A program made the translations under genes and the position numbers. The notes under the pieces were generated by a model, which ran no database searches, had not been told where the DNA came from, and worked only from the letters and a program-made list of their open reading frames with translations. A DNA stretch of 63,871 bases, counting the filler. It is 13 parts of 13 records of this genome, joined end to end, with 100 filler letters (N's around TTAATTAATTAA, not from the genome) between each part and the next. Parts side by side here need not be neighbours in the genome. Positions count along the whole stretch, not along the records: positions 20,421 to 25,291 come from SRR15195285_4115; positions 25,392 to 29,447 come from SRR15195285_4116; positions 29,548 to 37,221 come from SRR15195285_4117; 10 more parts are not named here. One strand, written 5' to 3'. Below are positions 20,625 through 33,000 of the stretch, one piece after another (the stretch's first letter is position 1; each line of letters starts with the position of its first letter).

Positions 20625-23600
20625 TCATTCGCCTCCAGCCTTGGCGATTTCCTTTGCCGCCTCCTCGTCGTCTTCGCCCTTGCTCTTCCCTCGGAAGATC
20701 ACCAGCATTCCCCCTTGCCCTCCAATAATCACCGACTGTACAGTGGCGATGAAGTTGGAGCTCTGCGTGAATGCGGACGCGGCAAACACTAGGAACACGA
20801 CGAGCGCCACGATGTTGACCACCAGCACAAATACGGCCCTCACCACGTTCTTGTCAGTCAGACCCAAGCGCTCCGCTGTCTTCTCAACCTGGAAGGTGAG
20901 CAGCGCGTCCCAGCCGTCGATCCACTCGCTCTCAGTAAGCAGCTGGTCGTGCGGGTGCATGTCGCAGTGTGCAAACATCTGGTCGCGCTCGAGCTTAGTG
21001 GCTGCCCAGCCCAAAGAGTTGAAGATGCGGTTGAACTCGTGCCTGCTGAGCGTGGGTTGCGACTTGTGCTCCACTCTCTCTGCAGCAAAACGGGCAAAGA
21101 TGTCGGACGGCTCCACCTCGGAGACCTCTGTATCGCTGATTGTGAACTGTTCGCCTCCATCCTTGCCGTGAAGGAAGCTTGAATGGCCGCCCTCGTCGCC
21201 GTTCTGCCGGCGCTCCTGCTCCAGTTGCTCTCGCCGATCGAAGAGCAAGAACTGCCGCTTCATCTGCTTCTCAGTGGCATCGCGCAGCCTCTGCTTCAGC
21301 TTGGTGGACTTCTCCTGAATTCCTCTCGCCACGGCTCTCGCGGACGCCCACGTCGTCACGAGTGCAGCTCCGTACGGCATGACCGCAGCAGGTTTGATCA
21401 CCGAAGCGACGATCAGCCATTCGCAGCTGAGGATGAAGAAGAAGAGGCTGACGACGACTATGGACGCCAGGGCCCCGAAGAAAAAGAATTGGACCAACAG
21501 TTGGACGAGCTTAATCACGAGCAGCAGCTTCGCGTTGGCGAACTCAACGGCTGCCTCCGCGGCGTCCTCCAGCCTGCCCTCTTTTTCATTGTCGTCGAAG
21601 GTGCCTCTCGTGCGGTCGCTGTCTAAGGAAGCACAGCACATGCGCAGCCATGCCGCAGTGAAGAAGGCCACACCAATGCCCAGCAGCAGAGCTACCTCAG
21701 GAACAGCGTCCTCGCTGGAGGCACGAACGTCATCGACCCATGCGGACTGTTCTTCGATCAGAGCTCCGATTGGCGTCCAGCTCAGCCAGTCAAGCCTAGT
21801 CAAGGGGGCAAAGTGGGCGTCGAACGCCCACGTGGAACCCATATACACGGCCTGAAGGGATGTGCCAATTTCAAACCTATTGGCAGCAAACGATCGGCGT
21901 CAGACCACGTGGTGATGAGATGGCTGGGCAGACCGTTGCTGTACTCACAGTAGGAAGAGAATGCCAAACACGATGACGCCCTGGGCTGATACTAGGGCAA
22001 CTTGAATCACCCACCACACCCAGCGCACATCCATCTCACTGGACACAGCCTCGAAACCTTGCGCTCGCAGATCACTGAGGAGGTACAATCCATGCAGAGT
22101 CCTGATTTGCTCTCGCTTGACCTGCACGCCCATCCTTGCAACCACTTCAGACAGAGTTGCTGGTGGGCACAGGACGCCATCGACGGTTGTGTAGTGCCCA
22201 GCTACGCTGACGCTGTCGCGAGAGCCGATTATCGCTGTCTGGCTGTCTTCGGCCAGCCAAGCCGTGAGCGATTTCAGCCCGTCGCGGTTCTGATCGTTGC
22301 TCCGCCAAACAATCTGATCGTCGTCATGGGTAACCTCGCAGTGCCGGGCGAAAAACACCTGGAGGATATCGGCATCGGACGATTCGTTCTGCAGGAGCTT
22401 CGCGTGCTTCGAGTCGGGGTCGGGTGACTCATCCGTGTCCAACCATCGGACACCTGTCAGGACAGTCTCTGGCGTCGAGGGGCTTCTGATAGTGACATCC
22501 GGACACTGCTCGTGGAGATGCTCACGAACCTGGTGGAAATCGTCGACAATGGTGTAGTCCTGGCGGAAGCAGAAGTTCTGATATTCTTTGAAGAATCTGT
22601 TCCACTCCAACGGCTCAGGCTCATCGGTGTCGCTAGGGTTGACCAAGGCTGTGCGCGTGAGCCTCGAGCTGAGACGAGACACCAGCCCGCCCGATTGCCC
22701 CCGTCGTTTGCGGGCTTTCAGCTGGTCCAACCCCTGCGCAGTGGCGCAATGTTGGGTGACGAAGCTCTTGACAGAGTTGCCCAGCATCCGCTTGATCGGA
22801 ATCTCGATGTAAAAATGCATCAGCTCAGTGACGGTATCGTCTGTAGAGAGGATCTTATTCAGCACCGTCTCGGCCCACTTCTTCCCTCCACCGGTCAGCG
22901 CATCGATGTGCTGCCTCAGCATTTTGGTGCGCCGTGCCTTCTTCGTCGAGCTTTTGGGAAGGCTCCCTTTCCTGTGACTCGCCACATCCACCGCGATGTT
23001 TGCCAGCATATCTTGGACCTGGCTGCGCTTCCGCTGGTGCTGCACCAAGGTGCGGGTGTACTTCAGAGTCATCCAGCTGATGGCAATGGTCCAAATCACG
23101 GTGATGATAATGCTGATCACCCATGCCCGCCTCAAAAAGCCGGACGAACTGCTGAACCACGAGGGACAGCCCAGATCACTCGAGTTATCGGGGTGGAAAT
23201 GGTCGAAGCATCGCTGCACCCGGATGCTGTCGTCATCGCCCCCAGGCACAGGCGAGAACGTCGCCACCCGTGGCGCCCAGGCCGTACTCCCCGGCTCGTA
23301 GTGGATCAAGACACCTCGCATCACCAGCTGCTTGTTCGGCGTCAGGGCTTTGCTGAGCAGCGCGAAGATCTCGATCAGCTCCTCGTCGCTGAGCCGCGCG
23401 TTGTCAGGCGTGATCGAGTAGTCGGCCCAGTCGGAGCGGCTCCCGCCGACGCAGTCGCCATCGTACGTCTCGATCCGCTCCTGGCGGATGGCTGGGGACA
23501 GAGCCCCGCCGGAGATCATGAACAGACGCGCCGGTTCCAGGTCCACGTACACCGGATTAGTCGTGAAGACCCAGCGGGATGAGCCGTGCTTTTGCGTGAC

Positions 23601-25058
23601 GACTTCCATCGAAAGGTACAGCTCCTCAGTCTTGTCCAGCCCGCCGAATTCGTCCCGGATGGAGAGCAAAGTAGTCGCCGACGCCTGCAGCAATCGCAGG
23701 CCGGGCTGGCCCCACGATAGCGAATCGAGCCGCGGGTGCGACGTGTTCGGCCAGCTGAGCACCCGCCGCTCATCTCCCACCTCCACGAGAACAGAGCCCG
23801 TGTCGGCCGTCATCGACAGTGAGTGAGACGAAGCGCTGCCCGCGTCCGGAGTCACCGACACGCGCCGCGTGCAGCCGGAGACCAGCGTGGTCAGGTTCTG
23901 TTCGTAGATCCGGTCAGCGAAGTCGGAGAACTTGCAGTAGCTGCGCCTCGAGCCGTCATCCGCGTCAAATAGCAGCGACTGCAGGCCACCGGTCGACGAT
24001 TTGAGAGGGCACTGTCCGCCCAAACATATCGGCAGCTTCTCAAGCCCCTCCTTGAACTCGTCGGCCGTGACCTTCGTGTTCCAGTCGCCATCGTACTGCT
24101 TTTGCAGCTTCTTGCGCCACTTGGACTGCGAAATGTCGCAGCGGCTCCAAGGGAGCTCGATGGTGTCAGCGAACGGCTCCACGTCCAGCGCGCGCACGCA
24201 GACCTGCTCCTGGTTCGAGCGGTAGTCCAGCGTGTAGGAGCGGTCAGGCAAGCTGTGGTCGTAGAAGGCGACGGATCCGCTCTTGGTGCGCAGCGAAAAC
24301 GACGGGGCGTCCGTGTCGACCACCGTAATGGTGCCTTCAGAGACGGAGACCTTCAGCTTGCTGTTGAAGGTCGCACTGTCGACGATCATCGAGCGCACGC
24401 TACCACTGACCTGCAGCTCCTTGACCACCGTTCCGGGTGCGACGCTCAGCTTGCCGCCGCCGCCCATCTTGAGCTTCAGCAGGTCCAGCCCCTCCCCCGC
24501 CGCGTTGCTCGTCGTCGAGATGGTCAGCTCGCACGCTCCGCCGCAGCGCACCAGGCCGCCCGCGTGATCATCACAATTCTCGTTGGCGACCTGCAAGTAC
24601 TGCAGGGCGCCGCTCCCGTCCAGCCCGACAATCGTCGAGTCCCGGGTGGGCTCCGGCACCTTCACGCCGCGGAGCATCTTGCCCGCGATGGAGGCCGGCT
24701 CCCCCGCCGCCGCCGGGCAAATGTTGACGTCGCAGCCGCTGACGTCCAGGGCGAGCGGCACCGTCAGCTCCAGCGCCCACTTGTTCTCGCAACCGAGAAA
24801 GGAGTGGCAGCGCAGGTAGACCTCAACTACGAAAACGTAGACAGCGAGGAAGGCGAACGGGAAGAGCAGCCAGCAGCACGTGCGGCAGATCGCACGGCGG
24901 CGCCAGTGCTTCTTCCGATCGTCGGCCGGGCTCGGCGGCGGCTGCTCCGCCTGCTGGCTCGGCAGCGCGGCGGCTGCGGCGCTGCTACTCGGCGGCACGA
25001 TCGGCACCTGGCCCGGGATCGGCACCTGGCCCGGGATCTCCGCCGCCGTGGCGGACAT
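20625..25058 (-). CDS. ~1453-aa multi-pass membrane protein with beta-rich (adhesin-like) ectodomain and EF-hand motifs; exons 25058-21949, 21876-20625
   Basis: A 72-nt GT-AG intron (21948-21877, CTGAC branch) joins the 1039-aa and 407-aa ORFs in frame. EF-hand-like motifs DGDWNTKVTADE and DMHPHDQLLTESE. Several TM helices. Confidence 0.75.
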
Positions 25059-25391
25059 CGCCACCTACCTGAGCGCGAGAGGGGTGCGCGCGCGCGCGGG
25101 TCGCGGCCGTTAACGCGTCGTTGTTTCATAGTTTGTGCAGGTCAGTCTTAGTCTCGGCAGTGCATGGTCACCTGACGTGCAGGACGGTTCCGGTCTGCAA
25201 TTTCTATCTACATGTACCGGTACAGTACTGTATAGTACAGGGTATCGCGTGGGATAAGAACCCGGGATGGAGAATGGGAATCGAGACGTTGNNNNNNNNN
25301 NNNNNNNNNNNNNNNNNNNNNNNNNNNNNNNNNNNTTAATTAATTAANNNNNNNNNNNNNNNNNNNNNNNNNNNNNNNNNNNNNNNNNNNN

Positions 25392-28300
25392 GGGCGCCGG
25401 GAAGGGCGCCGGGAAGGGCGCGGGCAAGGGCGCGGGTAAGGGGGCCTCGGGCGGTGGGGATGTGGACCTCACGCCGGGTGGGACCCCGTACCTGGAGCAG
25501 TCGCTGGCCGACATTATTAACGCGCGAGTCGGCTGGCGTAAGTAGATCCTCTGTCCCTTCCAGAGAGGCTTGGCGCGCTGCTGAAGGCCTGGCGGGTTAG
25601 CGCTCCTTTCTGGCAAGCTCCTTGAAAAGCTTCCTCGCAGGGGCGCGGGGGGAGGGGGACGTAGAGACCGAAGCAGCCCCGCCTCTGTGGTGCAGGTAGC
25701 GGGACAGCCAAGTGCACCCAGAGCCTTGTCTCAGGCTCGCGTGGTGGAGCGGTCTCTCTCGCTTGCAACACGGAGGATGTCTTATCTTTCATACCAAAGG
25801 TAGCGGGGGTGTTTTGTTGATCTCGAAGTGCCCGCCTGGCCTCACTCAGTAGCGAGCTTTAGTGGGGTTGAAAGGACGAGGCTAACTGCGCCTGCTGTGG
25901 TTCGGCCGCAGTCGCGGTGTTCTTCGTGGGCCTGCTGTTCACAATGATCATCATGGAGAGCTTCGAAGAGATCCTCGCGCAGAACGTCGCGCTGAGCTTC
26001 TTCGTGCCGCTCATTGTCGGACATTCTGGCAATACGGGCTCGCAGTCCGTGTCCACCGTCATTCGCGCGCTCGCTCTAGCTGAGGCGAAGCTCACCGACT
26101 CCATTCACATCATGCAGAAGGAGTTCTTCGCCGGCGGCACGTGAGTCCTACACCGCGTGTGCTTGCCGCCGTGGACGAGAGCTCCCTACTGTCTAACTTG
26201 AAGCGCATTATCACAGCATCGGCCTGGTTCTAGCCGCATTCTCGTACCCGCTCGGAGTCCACGTCTCCGGAATCCCGCTGCGCGTCATGTTTTCCGTGGC
26301 AGTCTCGCTGCCCTGCTGCAGCTGCGTGGCAAACCTGATCGGCGCGGGACTGCCGCTCATCTGTGAGAAGTTCCAGGTCGATCCAGCTGTCATCGCCGCT
26401 CCCTGCATGACCACACTCGTCGACTGCGTTGGCATTCTGACGTACCTCAAAATCTCCGGCATCATCATCGGCACAAACGAGGAGGAGGAGGGGGAGGGGG
26501 AGGGTGGCGAGGGCGAGGGCGAAGGCGAGGCCGGCTGCGAGTGCAGGGTTAATACCCTTTGGCGTGGTGTGGACGGATCTGAGTGCCAAAAAGAGCCGCC
26601 GGAGGGTTGGGCTCCAACCCCAGCATTTTGCCAGGAGAAGAACGATGAAGGAGAGACGGCTGCCGATGCATGCTGTCTCGTCGACGAGTGCTGGAGGATC
26701 ACGGGCGGATGTGCGGAGAACAGTGGTGAGGAGCTCAGCGACGAGAACCTTGCGCTTCTTGCACAGCACGAGGACTGTGACAAAAAAGATTTGTGTCATA
26801 GCCTGGAGGGCCATGAGGACTGGGCGATCGATCCGGAGACTTGCCAGCTTCATCCGCACGCGGAGCGCGACGGCGACGAAACGATCAACATCTTCATGAT
26901 GATCGTGCTGCTAGGAGCGCTCGTGTTCTGTGGAATATCCGGCTACCAGCAGTGGAAGGATATGCAAGAGGAGGACGAAACCGATCCACACGCTGAGGAT
27001 GACCACCTGGCCACGAACAGCAGCCGCGGAAAGCCTGTGGAGGAGTTGGCGGAACCTGTCAAGTACCTCGTGCTGAACACCGCGACGGTGCGCCGCGGCC
27101 CGGACGCTGATTCCGAGAAGATGGGTGAGTTGAAGTCCAAGCAGATGATCGAATGCGTCGAGAAGACCACCAACGCCGCCGGCCTCGACGTGCTGCGGCT
27201 GAGGAAGAAGGGCGACGGCAGCCCGGTCGACGGGGGCTGGGTGAAGACTGTGACTTCGAAAGGGAAGCAGCTCCTCCACCAGCTCCCAGGCGCACAGTTT
27301 CCCGGCGACCCTTCACCGCACATCATCCCGAAGCATCAGATCGAGGTCGCCGTCCAGGAGGCGCTCACAAACCTCTCTCTCCTGCCAAACGTGGACATCG
27401 ACGCGGCGAAGGTGGTGCAACAGCTGGCCAACTCCATGCAAGTGCAGGTAATCCTGCAGACCGACGCCCACAAGCATCAGCGCGTTCTGAAGTCGATACC
27501 GCTGCTCTCAAACATGACCCCCGTGGAGCTGAGACCAATCATCGAGTCGGTCGAGGTGCTCAACTTCACTGCAGGGCAAGACGTAATCGCCGAGGATGCG
27601 ACTGATCAGGACATGTACGTCGTCATGGAAGGGACGGCTGTCTGTACCAAGCTGGGCGCCAACGATGGAGGGCCGGTCGCGCAATACGCCACGGGCGATT
27701 TTTTCGGTGAGAGGGCCGCGCTGGCGAATGAGCCTCGCGCTGCGACGGTCACCGCAGACTCGGACCTCACCGTGTTGAAACTCGACCGCTCCGCCTACAA
27801 CCTTGTCCTCGACTCAGCCAATGCCAACGTCGAAGTGGTGCACTCGCTGCAGAAACAGTACGAACAGGCTTGCGGCACGCCGCAGCCGCGCGTGCGCCGC
27901 CAGCAAGTCAACTACGCACGACGCGCCGGTTCCTACGGTGCTCACGGGGGACCCTCCGTATTAGGTGCAATGCGAGCGGCGCGCCGAGGACCGGCCACCG
28001 GGCGACGGGGATCGGACATGTCGGACAGTTCGGACACTCCGGGACCGTCCCTGCGCTTGTCTGCGTCGGACCTTAGCAGCACGAACATGGAATACGCGCA
28101 GCAGGCGGTAAACGCTGGGGCTAACCCTGGCTCGCCGAGGCGATACAGCGACCCCGAGGTCAGTGCCAGCACCAGCCTGCACGCCATCCGGTAGCCCATC
28201 TCGAGATCGGTTGCATTTAGACAGGAATGACTGAGTTTCAGCTCCAGTTGTGTTGCTTTAGAATCTCCCAGGTTACTGCAACAGCTGTTAGCATTGAACG

Positions 28301-28582
28301 TACTGGGTCGAACTGAACCAGCTGCCGCGTGGTGGCGCTGATCGTTATGATCGCCTGCAGGTCGGTGCTGGCGGCAACCTGGCTTTCGCGAAGGCACCCC
28401 CGCAGCGGCAGTTGGAGACCGTGGTCAGCATCAGTGGTGACGACGAGGCTTCATGGTCCGACAACCCTGTGGCCAACGGGTCTGTGCCCAATGGCAACGG
28501 CGCGGCGGCTCCGAGGACTCCATTGGGAGCTACTGCCCCACCTCCGTCTTCGGCTCCAGCTCCGGTCGAGGAGGACTTATAA
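25392..28582 (+). CDS. MgtE-family Mg2+ transporter fused to a Cys-rich segment, TM, SH3-like and cyclic-nucleotide-binding domains; 5'-partial; exons <25392-25537, 25912-26140, 26217-28158, 28361-28582
   Basis: MgtE motifs ARVGWL, FFVPLIVGHSGNTGSQS and DPAVIAAPCMTTLVD. SH3b-like TATVRRGP..GWV. cNMP cassette GDFFGERAALANEPRAATV. Three GT-AG introns in phase. N-terminal (GAGK)n repeat. Confidence 0.85.
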
Positions 28583-28825
28583 TATTCGAAGGGTGTGCCG
28601 AAGAGACAACGGGTGCAAGCCTCTGCTTGTATCTAGTCCTCAGATTGGTTGCCCACTCTGGCCTTGTCGTTGTTGAATGCACCCTCAATTTCTCCTAATC
28701 GTTTGCTCGCGGCTGGGTTGACAAAACTGTCTCGCTGTCGCGGCGCCTCGCTCCCTAGGCTACCCAATGCGAGCACGGCTACCGCCGGAGCACCCACGTG
28801 CGGCTCAGCGTATGTGCCCGACCCG

Positions 28826-28885
28826 TGACACAGGGCATTTGGCCCAAATGCCCTGTGTCAATGCCAAATGCCCTGTGTCAATGCC
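28826..28885. repeat. Perfect 17-bp inverted repeat with 1-nt centre plus tandem copy of the right arm
   Basis: TGACACAGGGCATTTGG-C-CCAAATGCCCTGTGTCA, then CCAAATGCCCTGTGTCAATG repeated (28844-28863, 28864-28883). Confidence 0.9.
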
Positions 28886-28899
28886 TGACGTCAGTGGAT

Positions 28900-29300
28900 A
28901 GGCGGGGGGTCTTCGGGCCAAGCTGATGCATCGCCCATAGGAGATTGGTGCTCAAGGACATAGCCTGTCACTAGATGCTGTGCCTGGCGAATGGTACGCG
29001 AGCGGTGAGCAATTCAATATTGCTCACACTCGGCCTCAGTATCGAAAGTGACCAGACGAATCACGGCCTCAGGTTAGATTCGAAGCTGCATGCGTCGGGC
29101 AATGCGACACACGAGTACATTGCGGTGGTGTGCTAATGAGAAGCCACACAGGCTTCATGGATTCTACGTAGACATGGAGATCCTGATGAAGACTTGCTAC
29201 CGATTGGAGGGAGATCACGCCGAGTGTCTACTGGTCTACGACAACGCTGAATTTCTGCTCTCTTTCGGTGACTCTCTCGGCACCGGCACCACACCTTGAC
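28900..29300 (+). pseudogene. Possible degenerate hAT-like transposase fragment
   Basis: KTCYRLEGDHAECLLVYD resembles the TYxLEGD motif I recall from hAT-like transposases. An upstream GHS/VTR fragment is frame-broken and there is no long ORF. Confidence 0.35.
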
Positions 29301-29384
29301 AAGTTCGTTCGCAGCCTGCAGTGCAGGGCATCCAAAATGAGCATAATCGTCGTTTTCAACGCACAACCTGCAGGCGCATTACCC

Positions 29385-29447
29385 GCACGGATGCGTACTC
29401 TCTCGGCATGGATGCGCACTCTCTCGGCACGGATGCGCGCTCTCTGG
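29385..29447. repeat. 21-bp minisatellite (GCAYGGATGCGYRCTCTCTSG x3) running into contig end
   Basis: Three visible units; the array probably caused the assembly break. Confidence 0.85.
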
Positions 29448-30023
29448 NNNNNNNNNNNNNNNNNNNNNNNNNNNNNNNNNNNNNNNNNNNNTTAATTAAT
29501 TAANNNNNNNNNNNNNNNNNNNNNNNNNNNNNNNNNNNNNNNNNNNNGCCCCACCAATAAAACCAATGCACATGTCTCTCTTTCTACCTCTTCTTCTTCT
29601 TCTAGGGCCGTGGACTATGGGTCTCCTTCTACGTTTTGGGGGTATGGGAGAAGGTTCCAGCCCCGCGCCACCGACCTTGTGGGTTTGCTGTCGGGCTGAC
29701 TCATCCTCTTCCGCGTCCCATAGGGCCTGTATGCCCTATGTGCGGATTCAGGTGAGGTCTAAACACGGTTGCAGGTGTACGCTTCGTGACGACTTCTAAC
29801 TTAGAAGTCGTTTTTAACTTAGAAGTCGTCGCAAAGCGAGGGGTGGAAGAGAATGTGGTCCTCATCGAAGGACACAATTTTTCAATGCGGACTGCATTAT
29901 AGTGGGCAGCTGTCTAGTATGCCACGGGGGATCGCACCCACACACGATATGTCGTTTTGTGGCTCAACTCAGAATGCTATTATCAATTCGACTATTACTC
30001 TATGTTCTCATGTGGTGCGTGCG

Positions 30024-33000
30024 TCATCTTTCATCGGTGTCTACACCAGCACCGACTCCGTCCGCTCTATCGGTGACTGCTTGGTGTTGAGTTTTTGCTT
30101 GTCCCTGCGTCGCTTCTGCGCCCACTTCGGCTTCCATTTTCGCTACAGCTATCTCAAGTGCGCCCGTCTGCAATCCTCCCAAGATTGCAGCACGCGTTTT
30201 CTTTCTCGTGACCGCGACAGCCTCTTCGTTGTCACCTTCCTCCGCCTGCTTTTGCCGCTGCTCCTCAGCATATTCTTGGGTAGCATCGGCACCCTGGTGT
30301 ACGATGTCCATCTGCTCGTCAGTTAGATCGTATTCCTTCAGTGCATCTTCGAACCTCTTTTTCTCGGCTTCAAGTTTCGCCTTGGCCTTTTCCGTTACAT
30401 TGGAATTCAACTTCGCTGCTTCGATTTTCCCTTGGGTATCCGCCACCATCTCACTCAGATTGACCTGCATCGTGGCGAGGCTGCTGTCGTCCCTGCCACG
30501 ATTTCGAGCTTTTCGTGCCATCTGGTCCTCAAGGCTCAGAGCAGCTTCTCCGCAGTTCAGGTTTACTAGGGCCTGTAGCAGATCATCGTACTTGACTACC
30601 GAATCTTCGTCGATGTAGCGGTGGCCGTGAAAGTCGAGCTCTTCTTTCAGACTTTGAAGCCGCATCCGAGCACGCAAGGTCGTCAAACCATACAGAATCG
30701 ACGTGTAGGATACGGTTCCTGTGCCGTTTGTCAAACGAAACGCTTCCCACTCCGTCACATTTTCCCACGTGAACTGCAATTCTGTTATGCTGTCGCACCG
30801 CAAGGACTCAGCAGACATCGCTTCTTCTGGCAAGCAATCGAATACCGACGGCGTCTCAAGTAAGGCTTGCCAGTGCTCAGAAAACCCAACCCCGACTCTT
30901 TCCGTTTCGCTGTTGATTGGAGAGTTGTTCTGGAAGTACAAATCGTGCACGAATGGTTTAACGTCGCTGCAGGTTTCGTCCGAGCGTCCTTTGGCAACCT
31001 TCCAAGCTACGAACTCTTCCCGAGTCCATTCACTAACTGGGGGCGGCGCAAGCGCGTTTTCTATGACAAGCCCGTCGTCGGTGTGACCGTCTAGCTTGCC
31101 AATGGTAGCAAGAACTGTCCATAGCTTTTGATAAGGGAGCAACTCGGGCGTCTGGTCCGTGGTCTGGGCTCGGAATGCATACTTGAACTCCTCGAAGTCC
31201 GCCTCGCTAATATCCAGCTCCTGCTCGCGCATCGAAGCCGCAAAGTTGTCCAGAATGACCGCGACAAATAGATTCAGCAGGATGTAGTTAGAGAAGAAGA
31301 AGAAACTCGCAAAGTACATGAATGCGAGCCCGTAGGTTGTGTTGTCTGGGTCTTTGCAGTCATACCCACATGGCTCACCTCCCACAGCATACATCACAAA
31401 CTTCCAATCTTGCCCTGCTGCACATTGAAAGAGGAGGCCCATCGCATCCTTGAAATTTCTGAATGAACTGTGATGAGTGTACTGTCTGTTTAAACCCATC
31501 AGCATCTGACCGGCTTCGCCCCCCGCAATTCCAGCGAACTTGCTTGAGCCATCTTCAATAGCCCACGCACAGTGTGGGTTGCTCATATCTGTCGGCTTCA
31601 TTGCACATTCGATGTCCTGTATAGGCGCGTTGCCGAACAGCATCATTCCCATGATAGCGTACAGCGCATATAGCAGCAGCACGAGGACACTGATGTTAAT
31701 GGCAGGTGGGATACTCAGTATCAGCGTTTGAAACAACGAGCGAATTCCCTTTGCACTCTTGAGCACTAGAATGATCCGCAATGCGCGCATTGCTCGAATT
31801 GCCTGCGCGCCACTGACTTCAAAGATTACTGCTGCCCATGACAAGCTGATGACCACGACGTCAAACTTGCTCCACGGATCACTCAAGTACTTGACCGGAA
31901 AGTAAGCAATCAGTTTGAAGAACATCTCGTAGGTGAAAAAGTGTAGACAGATGGTGTTGTACAGATCCTGCATGTCTATCCATGCTTGTGTCTGACCTTC
32001 GTACTCACACATCATTATCGCGACGTTGAACAAGATAAAACCGTTGCTGAGCTTGTTCCAAAAACTAGACTCTACCAAATTGTAAAACCATTTGCGGATA
32101 GCGTTGTTCGGGGCTTGGTCACGTAACGATGGCCTGTGGAGCTTCTGAAACTTCGCTAGGTCAAGCAGCATCTGCTGTTCTTCTGTAAGCAATGCGCTGC
32201 CATCGCTATTGCCGATGAAATCAATGAGCACACCAATGAAAAGGTTTGTGATGAAGAACGCCATGATCATAATGTACATCAGGAAGTACAAACATTTGCC
32301 AACCCATGCTCCACTGAACGGGATAGGCTGCATGCCAATCCCAGTGTTGTCCAATCCAATTTCCATAATGTCGGTCCATCCAGCGAGGGTGGACGCCGTA
32401 AAAAGAGACATCATTGCATTCCCAGTCGTATCAAAATTGTAAGGTCGATTGTCCCAGTAACATTGTGACACAGCGTTCGGAAAGCTCGGATCAATTCCGT
32501 ACATGACCGAATCACCAGACTCGCCGATACAATCCTGCTCCCTCAAAACCACTCGAGGACGGCAGCTCCCAGTAATAGAATCTGGGTTGAAGAAAGGGCT
32601 CGTGCTGTTGGTCTCCACGCACTGCGCTCCGGTTGCAATGTCGACCCAGCCTCCATCATTTAGGAAATGAGCATTTGCCGGCGACAGTCCGTCAGGGTAT
32701 GTATACGAGCAGTTGCAGGTGTACATCCCGCCAGCAAAAAGAGAGACGCCAAGGATGGCAAACATCAGTAAGCCCAGCCCCGAAAGCGCCAGCACTCCGA
32801 GATTGACGGCCAGGCTGTTCACGACAGCACTGATGATGACACGCATGCCTTCGTTGCGGTTGATTATTCTCAAGGGGCGTAAGCAGCGCAGCAAACGAAC
32901 GAATCCAGCGTTCCCTCCAAGATAGTTGACCACAGACCCAACAATCACAACGAAATCCAGTTTGTTCCATGGGTTTTTCAAATAGCTTTTAGGAGTAAAC

